From positions 192,001 through 256,000 of the forward strand of contig CAWCKJ010000012.1 of NCBI GenBank assembly GCA_963796105.1: DNA of 64,000 bases, read 5' to 3'. This document shows positions 30,067 through 38,469 of this stretch, piece after piece. A program made the position numbers and the translations under genes. Positions within the stretch are counted from its first letter, which is position 1. Each line of letters starts with the position of its first letter. The DNA comes from a candidate division FCPU426 bacterium (GTDB lineage Bacteria > Oederibacteriota > Muellerivitia > Muellerivitales > Muellerivitaceae). The notes beneath the pieces were generated by a model. The model was given only the letters and a program-made list of their open reading frames with translations. It was not told the origin of the DNA and made no database searches.

Positions 30067-30231
30067 GAAAATATTGACCCTTTATTATTTTTTTTAGTAG
30101 CAGGGTCTCCGAGCCCTTGTGGTGAATCGGTTTATCCCCTGCATCCCCTGCATCCCAGCTAAAAAACTGATTTATTTATCTTTGTTCCTTGGTTTATGTT
30201 TATTTTTGACGGCAATGATTCCAAGTATAAG

Positions 30232-31626
30232 TTATCTCTCGGAAACCCTCGAGGCCGACTCGAAGGTGGTGTACTCGCGCCTGAATACCACGGGGATGTT
30301 ATCGGTGGGGCCGTTACGTTGTTTGGCCAGGACGAATTCATAGGAGAATTTCGGCTGGTCATCGCCCTGCTGGCCCGACCCTTCCTTATGGATGAACAAG
30401 ACCACGTCCGCGTCCTGCTCGATGGCGCCCGATTCCCGCAGGTCCGAGAGGACCGGCCTTTTTTCTTCCTGTCCCTTTTGGGGGCGGGAAAGCTGGGAAA
30501 GAACCACGACCGGGATGTCCAGGTCCTTGGCTAGGGCCTTCAACTGTCGGGACATATAGGCGATTTCCTGCTCGCGGTTGTCGGTTCGGATGCCCGCCTG
30601 GATGAGTTGGAGGTAGTCCACGAAAAGGATGCCGATACCCTCCTCGCGCTTGAGCCGCCGGGCCTTGGCTTTCAGGTCCAGCACCGACATGGAGGAGGTG
30701 TCGTCGATGAACAGCTTGGCCTCGTAGAATTTTCCGGTGACATCCACCAGCCGTCCCCTCTCGTGGTCGGTCAGGTAGCCCGACCGCGCCTTTTTCAGGT
30801 CGATATGGGCCACTGAGCAAAGCAGGCGCAGGGCCAGCTGCTTGGCCGTCATTTCTATGGAGAAGAACCCTACGGGGATTTTCTTGTTGAGCTGGTTGGA
30901 GCCCATGCAGATATGCTGGGCCATGTTCAGGGCCAGGCTGGTTTTCCCGATGGAAGGCCTTGCCCCGATGACGATCAGTTCCGCCGGCTGTAAGCCGGCG
31001 GTCAGTTCGTCCAGGTCCAAAAAGCCCGTGGGGACCCCCGTGATATGCATCTTCTGGTCGGAGAGGTTGTTGACATACTCGAAGCTGTTGCCGATCAAGT
31101 CCCGGATGCTGGCGAAATCCTTGGTCTCGCGGAGCTCAGTGGCCTCGAAAATCCTGTGCTCGGCGTTGTCCAAGAGCTCCTTGACCGGCAGGGAGTCCTC
31201 ATAGGCGTCGGCTACCACCTGGGTGGCGGCCGTGATGAGCCTGCGGCTGGCAGATTTCTCCTTGACGATTTGGGCGTAGTACTCGGCGTTGGCGGCGGTG
31301 GGCACCCGGTCCAGGAGCGCGGTGATGGCCATCATGCCTCCCACATTCTCGAATTCCCCCATGCGCTTCAACTCGTTGGTCAGGGTGATGACGTCCACCG
31401 GCTCCTTGCGGTCATCCAAGGACACGATGGCCTGGTAAAGTTTTCGGTGGGCCTCCCGGTAAAAGTCCTCTTCCTTGCAGATGGGAATGATGGTTCGGAT
31501 GGCTTCCTGGGACAACAGCATGGCCCCGATCACCGACTGCTCGGCCTCCAGGTCCTGGGGCGGGACGCGGAACTCCTGGCTGGGGCGCAGGGGGGAGAGG
31601 TTGCTGCTTTTGCGGTAGACTTCCAT
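30232..31626 (-). CDS. dnaB: Replicative DNA helicase
   Basis: PPQDLEAEQSVIG, GARPSIGKT, VDYLQL, SDLRESGAIEQDAD, KQRNGPT; no intein. Confidence 0.99.
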   Translation of the reverse strand: MEVYRKSSNLSPLRPSQEFRVPPQDLEAEQSVIGAMLLSQEAIRTIIPICKEEDFYREAHRKLYQAIVSLDDRKEPVDVITLTNELKRMGEFENVGGMMAITALLDRVPTAANAEYYAQIVKEKSASRRLITAATQVVADAYEDSLPVKELLDNAEHRIFEATELRETKDFASIRDLIGNSFEYVNNLSDQKMHITGVPTGFLDLDELTAGLQPAELIVIGARPSIGKTSLALNMAQHICMGSNQLNKKIPVGFFSIEMTAKQLALRLLCSVAHIDLKKARSGYLTDHERGRLVDVTGKFYEAKLFIDDTSSMSVLDLKAKARRLKREEGIGILFVDYLQLIQAGIRTDNREQEIAYMSRQLKALAKDLDIPVVVLSQLSRPQKGQEEKRPVLSDLRESGAIEQDADVVLFIHKEGSGQQGDDQPKFSYEFVLAKQRNGPTDNIPVVFRREYTTFESASRVSER

Positions 31627-31755
31627 GGCGACTCCGAAATTAGTTTTTCACCGCGAAGAAGGGTAGAGGGGCGAAGAGTGTTTGGCGGCGCACAAGAAAC
31701 AAAACGGGTGTCATTTTAATCTGCTTCAAGAAAAAAAGTTGAAAATAATTTTTAC

Positions 31756-31784
31756 TTATCCACATGTGGATAAAGTTATTCAGA
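31756..31784. promoter_or_regulatory. Adjacent inverted DnaA boxes upstream of dnaB
   Basis: TTATCCACA (31756-31764) directly followed by TGTGGATAA (31765-31773), plus degenerate TTATTCAGA. Confidence 0.75.
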
Positions 31785-31893
31785 ACTCCACTTTTAGATT
31801 TCTCGCTTTCAACTTTTTCCGTCGCGAAAAAATTTATTTGAAATCATTTTTGCCTGGCCTAATTAACGGACACTATCAATGGTCTGTTTTCTT

Positions 31894-32460
31894 TTATAAA
31901 TCCGATCCAAAGTAACTTCTCACCGTATAGGGTGGCATACGATAGAAAACGCCTTCATAATCAATAGGTTTCCCAACAGAAGTGGTTTGGCAAGGAACAT
32001 CTTTCAGGGAATAAGATCTGATTTCCAAGGAGTCCATGTTTCCCAAGCGGGCAATAACTTCATCAATATGTTGTTGTTCTCTGTCGGTCAAATTGGTTCG
32101 ATCTAATTCTTTTAACACCAAGTATTTGATTTGGGTTCGCCCCAGATAATTGTTGATAACTTTTTTAGCCTTCCCTTTTTCTTCCATTTTCTTTGCGATT
32201 TTGGCGAACTCTATAGGCTTGGGACCATTGATATCTTTAATGTAAGTCGAACCGGTCAACTGTTCTTCGAATATTTCGTAATAATCAAAATCGATGAAAT
32301 AAAGTAATTTATAAAGAATAGTTTCATCCACATTCGATCGAAAGCCGATTTTCCCAAGGACATAGAGAAGAACTTGCCTTAATTTCTCCTCGTTCATTTT
32401 CGGAACATTGATCCGCATTTCTGGTAACAGATTCATTTTAATTTCCTCGCGCACACCCAA
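31894..32460 (-). CDS. Panacea/SocA-like (DUF4065) antitoxin-domain protein
   Basis: KLRQVLLYVL...LYKLLYFIDFDYY...LTGSTYIK...GP pattern. Start uncertain. Confidence 0.75.
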   Translation of the reverse strand: MGVREEIKMNLLPEMRINVPKMNEEKLRQVLLYVLGKIGFRSNVDETILYKLLYFIDFDYYEIFEEQLTGSTYIKDINGPKPIEFAKIAKKMEEKGKAKKVINNYLGRTQIKYLVLKELDRTNLTDREQQHIDEVIARLGNMDSLEIRSYSLKDVPCQTTSVGKPIDYEGVFYRMPPYTVRSYFGSDL

Positions 32461-32668
32461 AAAGACGTCAGGGATGGCCCTGAACAGCTATCTCAATTCC
32501 TTAAAAAACCCCATAAATGAGTATACAGCCGTATACGTTTTTTTCAAGGGGCTTAAAATCAATTCCGGGGCACAATCCCACAATAGGGGTGGATAAAAGC
32601 GTTTATATTCTTTTTGGATTTTGCTCTTTTTACCAAACGCGTAAACCATACTCTTTATGATTTACCTT

Positions 32669-33070
32669 TCAATTTTCCGGACGTTCCCAAGGAACCGGAA
32701 GACGGGAAAAATCCCTGTCAAAGGAGACGACAGCCTCCAGCTTCTTTTCTTGGGCCAGGGCGGCCTGGTAGGCATCGATGAAATCGACTTCGTGGTATGA
32801 GTACCAGGCCAAGGCCGACAGGAGCCTTTCCCGGTTCTCGAATTCCAAGCGATGGTCTTCCAAAGCGGCCCGCAGAAGATGCGTGACGGCCTCGGGAATT
32901 ATCCCCTTCCCTTCCATGACCCAAACCAATTCCGCCACAGTCAAATCGGAGATGAGAAGTTTTTGCTTTTCGTGAAACGCCCGCTGGATGAACTTGTTAG
33001 CGGCGCGGGATTGTTCCTCGTCGTCACCCAAGAGCCAGCGCAAAATCACATTCGTGTCGAGTAAGCGCAA
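32669..33070 (-). CDS. vapC: VapC-family PIN-domain toxin
   Basis: LLDTNVILR, ELVWV, DFIDAY, SFDRDF. Confidence 0.9.
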   Translation of the reverse strand: MRLLDTNVILRWLLGDDEEQSRAANKFIQRAFHEKQKLLISDLTVAELVWVMEGKGIIPEAVTHLLRAALEDHRLEFENRERLLSALAWYSYHEVDFIDAYQAALAQEKKLEAVVSFDRDFSRLPVPWERPEN

Positions 33071-33075
33071 GGGCG

Positions 33076-33348
33076 TTACTTTTCACCGTGTCGGTGGGCT
33101 TTATAGCGGTCGACAACGTATTTCTTGGCCGTTTCCCGCATCTCAACAGCGCTCATCGGTTTTTGCCCCTTGAAGTAGGGTTTTAAGACTCCTTTGAGGC
33201 TGAGGAAATCACCCCGCACCGGAAGCAATATGGCCCGGTCACCGTCCGCCACGAAAGAAACCCGATCCCCCGCCTTGAGGCCCAGGGCCTTCCGGATGTC
33301 CATCGGAATCGTTACCTGGCCTTTGGAAGTAATGCTGGTCCCAAGCAT
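33076..33348 (-). CDS. AbrB/MazE/SpoVT-family antitoxin
   Basis: SITSKGQVTIPMDIRKALGLKAGDRV; directly upstream of vapC. Confidence 0.92.
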   Translation of the reverse strand: MLGTSITSKGQVTIPMDIRKALGLKAGDRVSFVADGDRAILLPVRGDFLSLKGVLKPYFKGQKPMSAVEMRETAKKYVVDRYKAHRHGEK

Positions 33349-33410
33349 GATGTATTACCTTTCTCATTAATATATTACATTTACACATATAATAATACAC
33401 GTTCAATAAT

Positions 33411-33548
33411 CTAGCAAGGTGCTGAAAAAGTCCCCAAAACGGACTTTTTCAGCTGACGACATTTGCGGAAACCCCACGATTCCTGCGGAATCTTTGGGGT
33501 CGCAGGCTGCTTTGTGGGCCTATTTTTACTTTTTCAGCAACCTGCTAG
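33411..33548. mobile_element. MITE-like element, copy B
   Basis: Imperfect 21-bp terminal inverted repeats CTAGCAAGGTGCTGAAAAAGT / ACTTTTTCAGCAACCTGCTAG; shorter relative of copy A at 18307. Confidence 0.75.
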
Positions 33549-33792
33549 TTTCAAATGATTTACCAAGGTGGTTTACCGGCTTCCAAGGCTCCGGGCTTGC
33601 CCGGGGGCCTAGCCGTGTACTTGGGAGGTGAAATGCCCCGCCCAAGTGGCGACCCGAAGCCCTGCCCTACGCTGCCCCGATTCACTATAAATCTTTTAAT
33701 GAAGTCGGCGCTATACCGAACTCTTTGAATGCTTTATTAAAGTTCGGCATGCGGTGTGGAGGGCCGTCCCTTGACGATAATAAACGATGGTT

Positions 33793-34146
33793 CTACAGGT
33801 CTTCTTTTTCCAGCGGCTCATCCAGGGTGTCGATCACTTCCTCCCGGATCTCCAGGTCGAACCACTTATCGAACATCTTCGCGGTCCGGTTTTGGGGCCA
33901 AAGGTTTTCGTCAAGAGACCAACCTTGAAGCATCTCCTCGAATATCTCCAGCTTCTTCTCGTCATCGATAAAATCCAATAAATCATCCACATCATCAAAC
34001 TCAGGGACTAAATACACCGGGCCGTCATTCTTGAAGGAACTAGCGGTATAAAGCGGCTCGTTCGGCGCCCGATCCGGCAATTGGTTGGCCCAATCCGCGA
34101 AAGGCTGTTTAATCCTTACGATAATCGCGCTTCGATTGACGAACAT
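33793..34146 (-). CDS. Conserved acidic hypothetical protein (117 aa)
   Basis: MFVNRSAIIVRIKQPFADWAN...VYLVPE...IFEEMLQGW...LWPQNRTAKMFDKWF; GGAGG RBS before ATG 34146. Confidence 0.8.
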   Translation of the reverse strand: MFVNRSAIIVRIKQPFADWANQLPDRAPNEPLYTASSFKNDGPVYLVPEFDDVDDLLDFIDDEKKLEIFEEMLQGWSLDENLWPQNRTAKMFDKWFDLEIREEVIDTLDEPLEKEDL

Positions 34147-34239
34147 TTGAACCTCCAAGATTATTAACCCTTAATCCTCAACCCCTCAATAAGCTTAGGT
34201 TTTGGATTGAAAGTGAAGTTATTTTTTCCAATTCAGGAT

Positions 34240-34797
34240 TTACCGCCCTGAAAAGACGGAATGATAGAAATAATCCAAATCATCGTGGTAACCATAACCA
34301 ATGTCCTTTGAGGAATCGACGATTTTGTTTAACCGTTCCCGGTACCGGGCCTCCATATCGGCCCCGCCCGCCTTGACCCATTGGACGACCTTTTCAAACA
34401 TTCTCACCATCGAATCGTAGAAAGACTCCCCAAAATCCCCATACTCGGCAGTCAGGAAGGTTCCCCTCTCTACAAAAAATATCATCAGTTCCAATTCGCC
34501 ATCCTTGTTGCCGCTCGCCTTCTTGTAATCGGATATGGCCTTTTTTGCCCTTGAGATGCTGAGGGGTTTTTCACTACTCATATCATCGTGGAGGGCGTCC
34601 AAAATGATTGCCTTGAAGGGCTTCAGCGGATCGGCGCTCAGGGACAACCGGGTTTCGATGAATTCCCGGTTTCGGCTGTCCATGCCGTAAAGGTCCAAGA
34701 TCAACCCTGATAACCCTCTTTTGCCTAGCTTATCCAACGCCGCCGACAAAACCTTTGATGGCGTCTTAGTCGTATCCGAAATGGTTTTTCTCGGCAT
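34240..34797 (-). CDS. DUF6155-like helical protein
   Basis: LILDLY...AKKAISDYKK...LMIFFVERG...YGDFGESFYDS pattern. Confidence 0.65.
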   Translation of the reverse strand: MPRKTISDTTKTPSKVLSAALDKLGKRGLSGLILDLYGMDSRNREFIETRLSLSADPLKPFKAIILDALHDDMSSEKPLSISRAKKAISDYKKASGNKDGELELMIFFVERGTFLTAEYGDFGESFYDSMVRMFEKVVQWVKAGGADMEARYRERLNKIVDSSKDIGYGYHDDLDYFYHSVFSGR

Positions 34798-34811
34798 AAC
34801 ACCCGCCTATC

Positions 34812-34922
34812 TTAACAAGGGATATTAACGGACCCATTCGGCGCCCGGTCCGGCAATTGATTGGCACAAACCGCGAAAGGCTGTTTGGCCCTCACGATCA
34901 CCGCGCTTTGGTTGACGAACAC
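34812..34922 (-). pseudogene. Diverged 5' fragment of the 33793-34146 gene (copy 2)
   Basis: GTG-FVNQSAVIVRAKQPFAVCANQLPDRAPNGSVNIPC-stop, with an AGGGGA RBS. Confidence 0.85.
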
Positions 34923-34954
34923 GGGAATCCCCTAATATGCGAATACGCAAACCA

Positions 34955-36100
34955 TTAATTTTTCCCCAACAAATCCATTATTCCGTGTAGGTGGGTGGAA
35001 ACCGCGTTGGCGGACTTGCTGATCCTCGCCGTCCTCGACACAAGGACATGGTAATCACAATGGATGTGCCCGGCCGCTTTCATCAGCCGGTCCATATCCG
35101 CCGTTCCCGGGGAAGTGGTTAGTTTTATTTCCACCGCCCAGCGTTTACCCGATAGCTCCAGCACCAAATCCACCTCATGGCCGTCGCTGGTACGGAAATA
35201 GGAGGCCGCGAATTTTTTCCCCTCAGCGCTTAGGAAATCCAAAATTTGTCCAATGACAAACCCCTCCCAGCTGGCGCCCACCCACGGTTTTGCCAGCAAC
35301 TCATCGAACGTGGAGACTCCCAATAAGGAATGAAGCAGGCCCGAATCCCTCCAATAAACCTTAGGGCTCTTAACGAGGCGTTTGCGTAAATTTCCGTGAT
35401 AAGGCGGTAACCGCCGGGCCAGGAACGCCCCTTCCAGGAAATCCAGATACCCATTGACCGTGTGGTAGCTTAAGCCCAGGCTGCGGCCGACCTCGGAAGC
35501 GTTCCAGGCGGCCCCATGGGAAGCCGCGATCATTTTCAGGAAGCGCAATGTTTCCTGGGGTTTCGCGGCGAGTCCCCATTGGGGCAAGTCCCGTTGGGCC
35601 AGGAGTTCCAAATAATGGGTTTGCCATTCCGGGAAGCGGTCCCGGCGAAGGATCCCGCCATCAGGGAACCCCCCCATAAGCCAAAGGGAATCCACGCCGG
35701 CAACGGGCCTTTCAACCGCTACAAAAGGCGTCAGTTCGCAAACCGCCAGGCGCCCGGCCAACGACTCGGAAACATGGCGGATTAAGGAAGGAGAAACGGA
35801 GCCCAACAAAAGAAAACGGCCGTTCTTTTTACGATTCATGTCGATGGCGTTGCGGAGGCGCGGAAAGACCCCGGGATCGGCCTGGGCTTCGTCCAATACA
35901 ACGAGGGATTTGGCGGAAACCATGCCGTCCCACTCCAGGTCAAGCCTTAACCGGTCGGCCTCCTGCTCCAGGTCGTAGTAAACACGGCCCAGGGTCCGGG
36001 CCAATGTGGTCTTCCCTACCTGGCGGGGCCCCACGAGGGCGGCGGCGGGAAATTGGCGAAGAAGTGTTCGAAGCCGGGGGATCACCCATCGTTTGATCAT
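34955..36100 (-). CDS. AAA_14 ATPase with DUF4143 C-terminal domain
   Basis: GPRQVGKTTL, VLDEAQ, LLGS, GGFP, KSPKVYWRDSGL, EVDLV...VEIK. Confidence 0.9.
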   Translation of the reverse strand: MIKRWVIPRLRTLLRQFPAAALVGPRQVGKTTLARTLGRVYYDLEQEADRLRLDLEWDGMVSAKSLVVLDEAQADPGVFPRLRNAIDMNRKKNGRFLLLGSVSPSLIRHVSESLAGRLAVCELTPFVAVERPVAGVDSLWLMGGFPDGGILRRDRFPEWQTHYLELLAQRDLPQWGLAAKPQETLRFLKMIAASHGAAWNASEVGRSLGLSYHTVNGYLDFLEGAFLARRLPPYHGNLRKRLVKSPKVYWRDSGLLHSLLGVSTFDELLAKPWVGASWEGFVIGQILDFLSAEGKKFAASYFRTSDGHEVDLVLELSGKRWAVEIKLTTSPGTADMDRLMKAAGHIHCDYHVLVSRTARISKSANAVSTHLHGIMDLLGKN

Positions 36101-36136
36101 TCTTGCATTATAGAATTTTACTTCTAATTTGCAAGA
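36101..36136 (-). promoter_or_regulatory. Promoter implying a leaderless ATPase mRNA, bracketed by an inverted repeat
   Basis: TTGCAA-16 nt-TATAAT-6 nt-ATG; TCTTGCA/TGCAAGA arms flank the promoter. Confidence 0.6.
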
Positions 36137-36194
36137 TGAGTGATCATATCCCCGCGCGGTAGGAAGGACCAACCCCTCGGAATCATCATCGGTA

Positions 36195-36329
36195 TCATAC
36201 CGGCCCGTCACTCTTGAAGGGACTTGCTGTATAAAGCGGCTCGTTCGGCGCCCGATCCGGCAATTGGTTGGCCCAATCCGCGAAAGGCTGTTTAATTCTT
36301 ACGATTATTGCGCTTCGATTGACGAAAAT
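36195..36329 (-). pseudogene. 5' fragment of the 33793-34146 gene (copy 3), start codon lost
   Basis: ATT-FVNRSAIIVRIKQPFADWANQLPDRAPNEPLYTASPFKSDGPV-stop; near-identical DNA to about 34015-34145. Confidence 0.88.
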
Positions 36330-36341
36330 TGACTCGTCCTT

Positions 36342-37145
36342 TTATGGTGAAATAACCTTGTCTTCTAAACCAACCTCTTTCGCGATTTCCAACATTTTCA
36401 CATCGCTTGTAATAACACATGAATCATCGGCAAGAAATATCATTAAACTTATGTCCCCGAAATCATTAAATTCGGTTTGGTGTTGTATTCCGTACGCACA
36501 ATAGCCAGCATTGAATAGCAGGAAATCCGATAGGTGTTTTTGGGCCTTAGCCCATTCTTCATCCCTAATTTCAGCAGGCGCCATAATGCCAGACATTTCA
36601 TATGCATGCGACCTTGTATTTTTTAATACATTCGTTATAACTTCATTACTAAGTAAACTTCTCATATAGGCGGCTTTTTTATCTTTTATCGGTGAATCTT
36701 TAGGAATTTGATATTTAATCTGGTCGAATTTCTTCTTCCAATCTGAAATCCCCTTACCCACTTCTTCCTTAAATCCCAAATAAGAAATATCCCTAAGTGG
36801 TTTTTTAGCTTCAATTTCTTCTTTTACATCCTCATATTTTTTCGCACTAATAAACTGATTTAGAGTTATTCGCGCGACCTTTGCTTCACCTACGTCTTCG
36901 AGCAAACCCCAGCTTGCGAAAAGACGATTACCAGGACGTTCGATCATTCCAGTTGTGATTTTTGTCCAACTGGCCACAAGTTGTTGAAATTTAAAGTTTC
37001 CAAGATTAGCTTTTGAAATAATTTCTAAAACATTGATACTGCATAGTCGGATTGAACTGCAATATTTTCGAAGTTGATTTTCTTTTACCTTTTTATGAGC
37101 TAAATCCACATAGACGTTCGTGTCCAAATAGCCCTTTGAAAACAT
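36342..37145 (-). CDS. Putative PIN-fold nuclease (267 aa), directly downstream of hsdS
   Basis: ATG 37145 after an AAGGA RBS, 10 nt past the hsdS stop. YLDTNVY at the N-terminus, NVLEII, and NDFGD...VITSD at the C-terminus. AT-rich. Confidence 0.6.
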   Translation of the reverse strand: MFSKGYLDTNVYVDLAHKKVKENQLRKYCSSIRLCSINVLEIISKANLGNFKFQQLVASWTKITTGMIERPGNRLFASWGLLEDVGEAKVARITLNQFISAKKYEDVKEEIEAKKPLRDISYLGFKEEVGKGISDWKKKFDQIKYQIPKDSPIKDKKAAYMRSLLSNEVITNVLKNTRSHAYEMSGIMAPAEIRDEEWAKAQKHLSDFLLFNAGYCAYGIQHQTEFNDFGDISLMIFLADDSCVITSDVKMLEIAKEVGLEDKVISP

Positions 37146-37155
37146 GTTGATCCTT

Positions 37156-37483
37156 TTATACCCGCAAAAGGGATTCGGTGAGTTTTTCAAGATGGGACGA
37201 TTTGGCGGTGAGCTTTTTTTCGAGTTCATCGCACAGGGCCATGAGTTGATCGACTTTTTCAACAATAGCGTTTTGCTCAGCGTTTGATGGTAACGGAATA
37301 TCAAACGACCGTATTTTTCCCAAATTAAAGTTCCCGGCAGAAGTGCCATCACCAGAAACATTTCCTTTGGAATATGCCACACCATAAGGCGAGTTGAAAA
37401 CAATCGCTAAATATCTTGCGTTTATGTGTTTTTTAAACACTTTAACCAGACACAGACTTACATAAAAAGCAAATTCAATATCC
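37156..37483 (-). pseudogene. hsdS: hsdS 3' fragment (end of TRD2 and distal conserved helix)
   Basis: Removing the IS and one target duplication gives continuous ...IDQDIEFAFYVSLCLVKVFKKHIN...IPLPSNAEQNAIVEKVDQLMALCDELE. Confidence 0.92.
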
Positions 37484-38469
37484 CATGCTTCTGTATTAAG
37501 TGACCCTTGAAATAAAGGAATACATAGGTATACTGTCCGCTACGGGAGGTGGTACATGAGCTACCAGCGGATGAAAAGCATTAAAATTCTGAGGAAAATC
37601 CACACGGAAGAAGAAGCCCGCCAATGGGTGTGGAGATGCCGTTTCGGCGGGAAAGACTTTGTTTGTCCCCAATGTGAGGGCGAAAGCTTCTGGCAACACC
37701 AGGCCAAGCCTGAAGTGAGGGAATGTGACTATTGCCGGAAACGTCTTCGGCTTCGCGCCGGGACGATTTTTGAAAGCTCCAAGCTGCCTCTTTTAACCTG
37801 GGTCAGGGCCATCAGTTTGATGATGCAGGGCAAACGGGGTATTTCGGCCCTGGAACTGAAGCGGCATTTAAATCTTTCGGATCATTCGGCATGGCTTCTA
37901 TTGCATAAGATCCGGGAAGGTCTTAGGCAAAAGGACGAAAGCTATACTCTAAAGGGCGTCATTGAGTTGGATGGGGCGGTTTTTGGGAAAAAGGCCAAGG
38001 AAAACCAAGTGGAAGTCTTGGTGGCGGTGGAAAGCAAGGAATGGGTGGATGAGAATGGTTGCAAGAAGGAAAAAGCGGGTTTTGCCAAGGTGAAGGTAGC
38101 TATGGAAACCAAGTGGGAGAGCCAGGAATTCGTGAATCAGACTATGGAAAAAGGCTCTTTCCTCAACACAGATGCTTCGCCAGCCTTGCGTGAACTCAAA
38201 GGAGTGGAGGCAGACTACCGGGTGATGGCCAATGACCCGAAAGAGTTGGAAAGTTGGTTGCCCTGGGTACACCGGTTCATTTCCAACGCCAAGGCCTGGA
38301 TCATTGGAACTCATCATGGCGTTGATGCTAAGTATTTAGGCCGGTATCTAAGTGAATATGCCTATCGGTTCAACCGTCGTCATGATCCCGATTCCTTATT
38401 TCACCGTGCTTTGACCGCATGTGCCTTAGCAAAACCCATTACAGCACGGTCACTTTGTGCATAAGCATA
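37484..38469 (+). mobile_element. IS1595-family insertion sequence (986 bp, probably ISSod11 group)
   Basis: Imperfect terminal inverted repeats ATGCTTCTGTATTAAGTGACC / GGTCACTTTGTGCATAAGCAT; 8-bp target duplication CAATATCC at 37476-37483 and 38470-38477. Confidence 0.95.
37556..38464 (+). CDS. IS1595-family transposase
   Basis: Zn ribbon CPQC...CDYC, AGTIFESSKLPL, ELDG, NTDA, WVHRFISNAK, YLSEYAYRFNRR. Confidence 0.96.
   Translation: MSYQRMKSIKILRKIHTEEEARQWVWRCRFGGKDFVCPQCEGESFWQHQAKPEVRECDYCRKRLRLRAGTIFESSKLPLLTWVRAISLMMQGKRGISALELKRHLNLSDHSAWLLLHKIREGLRQKDESYTLKGVIELDGAVFGKKAKENQVEVLVAVESKEWVDENGCKKEKAGFAKVKVAMETKWESQEFVNQTMEKGSFLNTDASPALRELKGVEADYRVMANDPKELESWLPWVHRFISNAKAWIIGTHHGVDAKYLGRYLSEYAYRFNRRHDPDSLFHRALTACALAKPITARSLCA

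Noticed and set aside
33550..36340. Integron with attC sites
   Set aside because: No intI gene and no convincing RYYYAAC...GTTRRRY attC structures between the cassettes.
37146..37403. 353-aa version of the PIN-like ORF
   Set aside because: The extra N-terminus overlaps the hsdS 3' fragment. An RBS and ATG at 37145 give the more plausible start.
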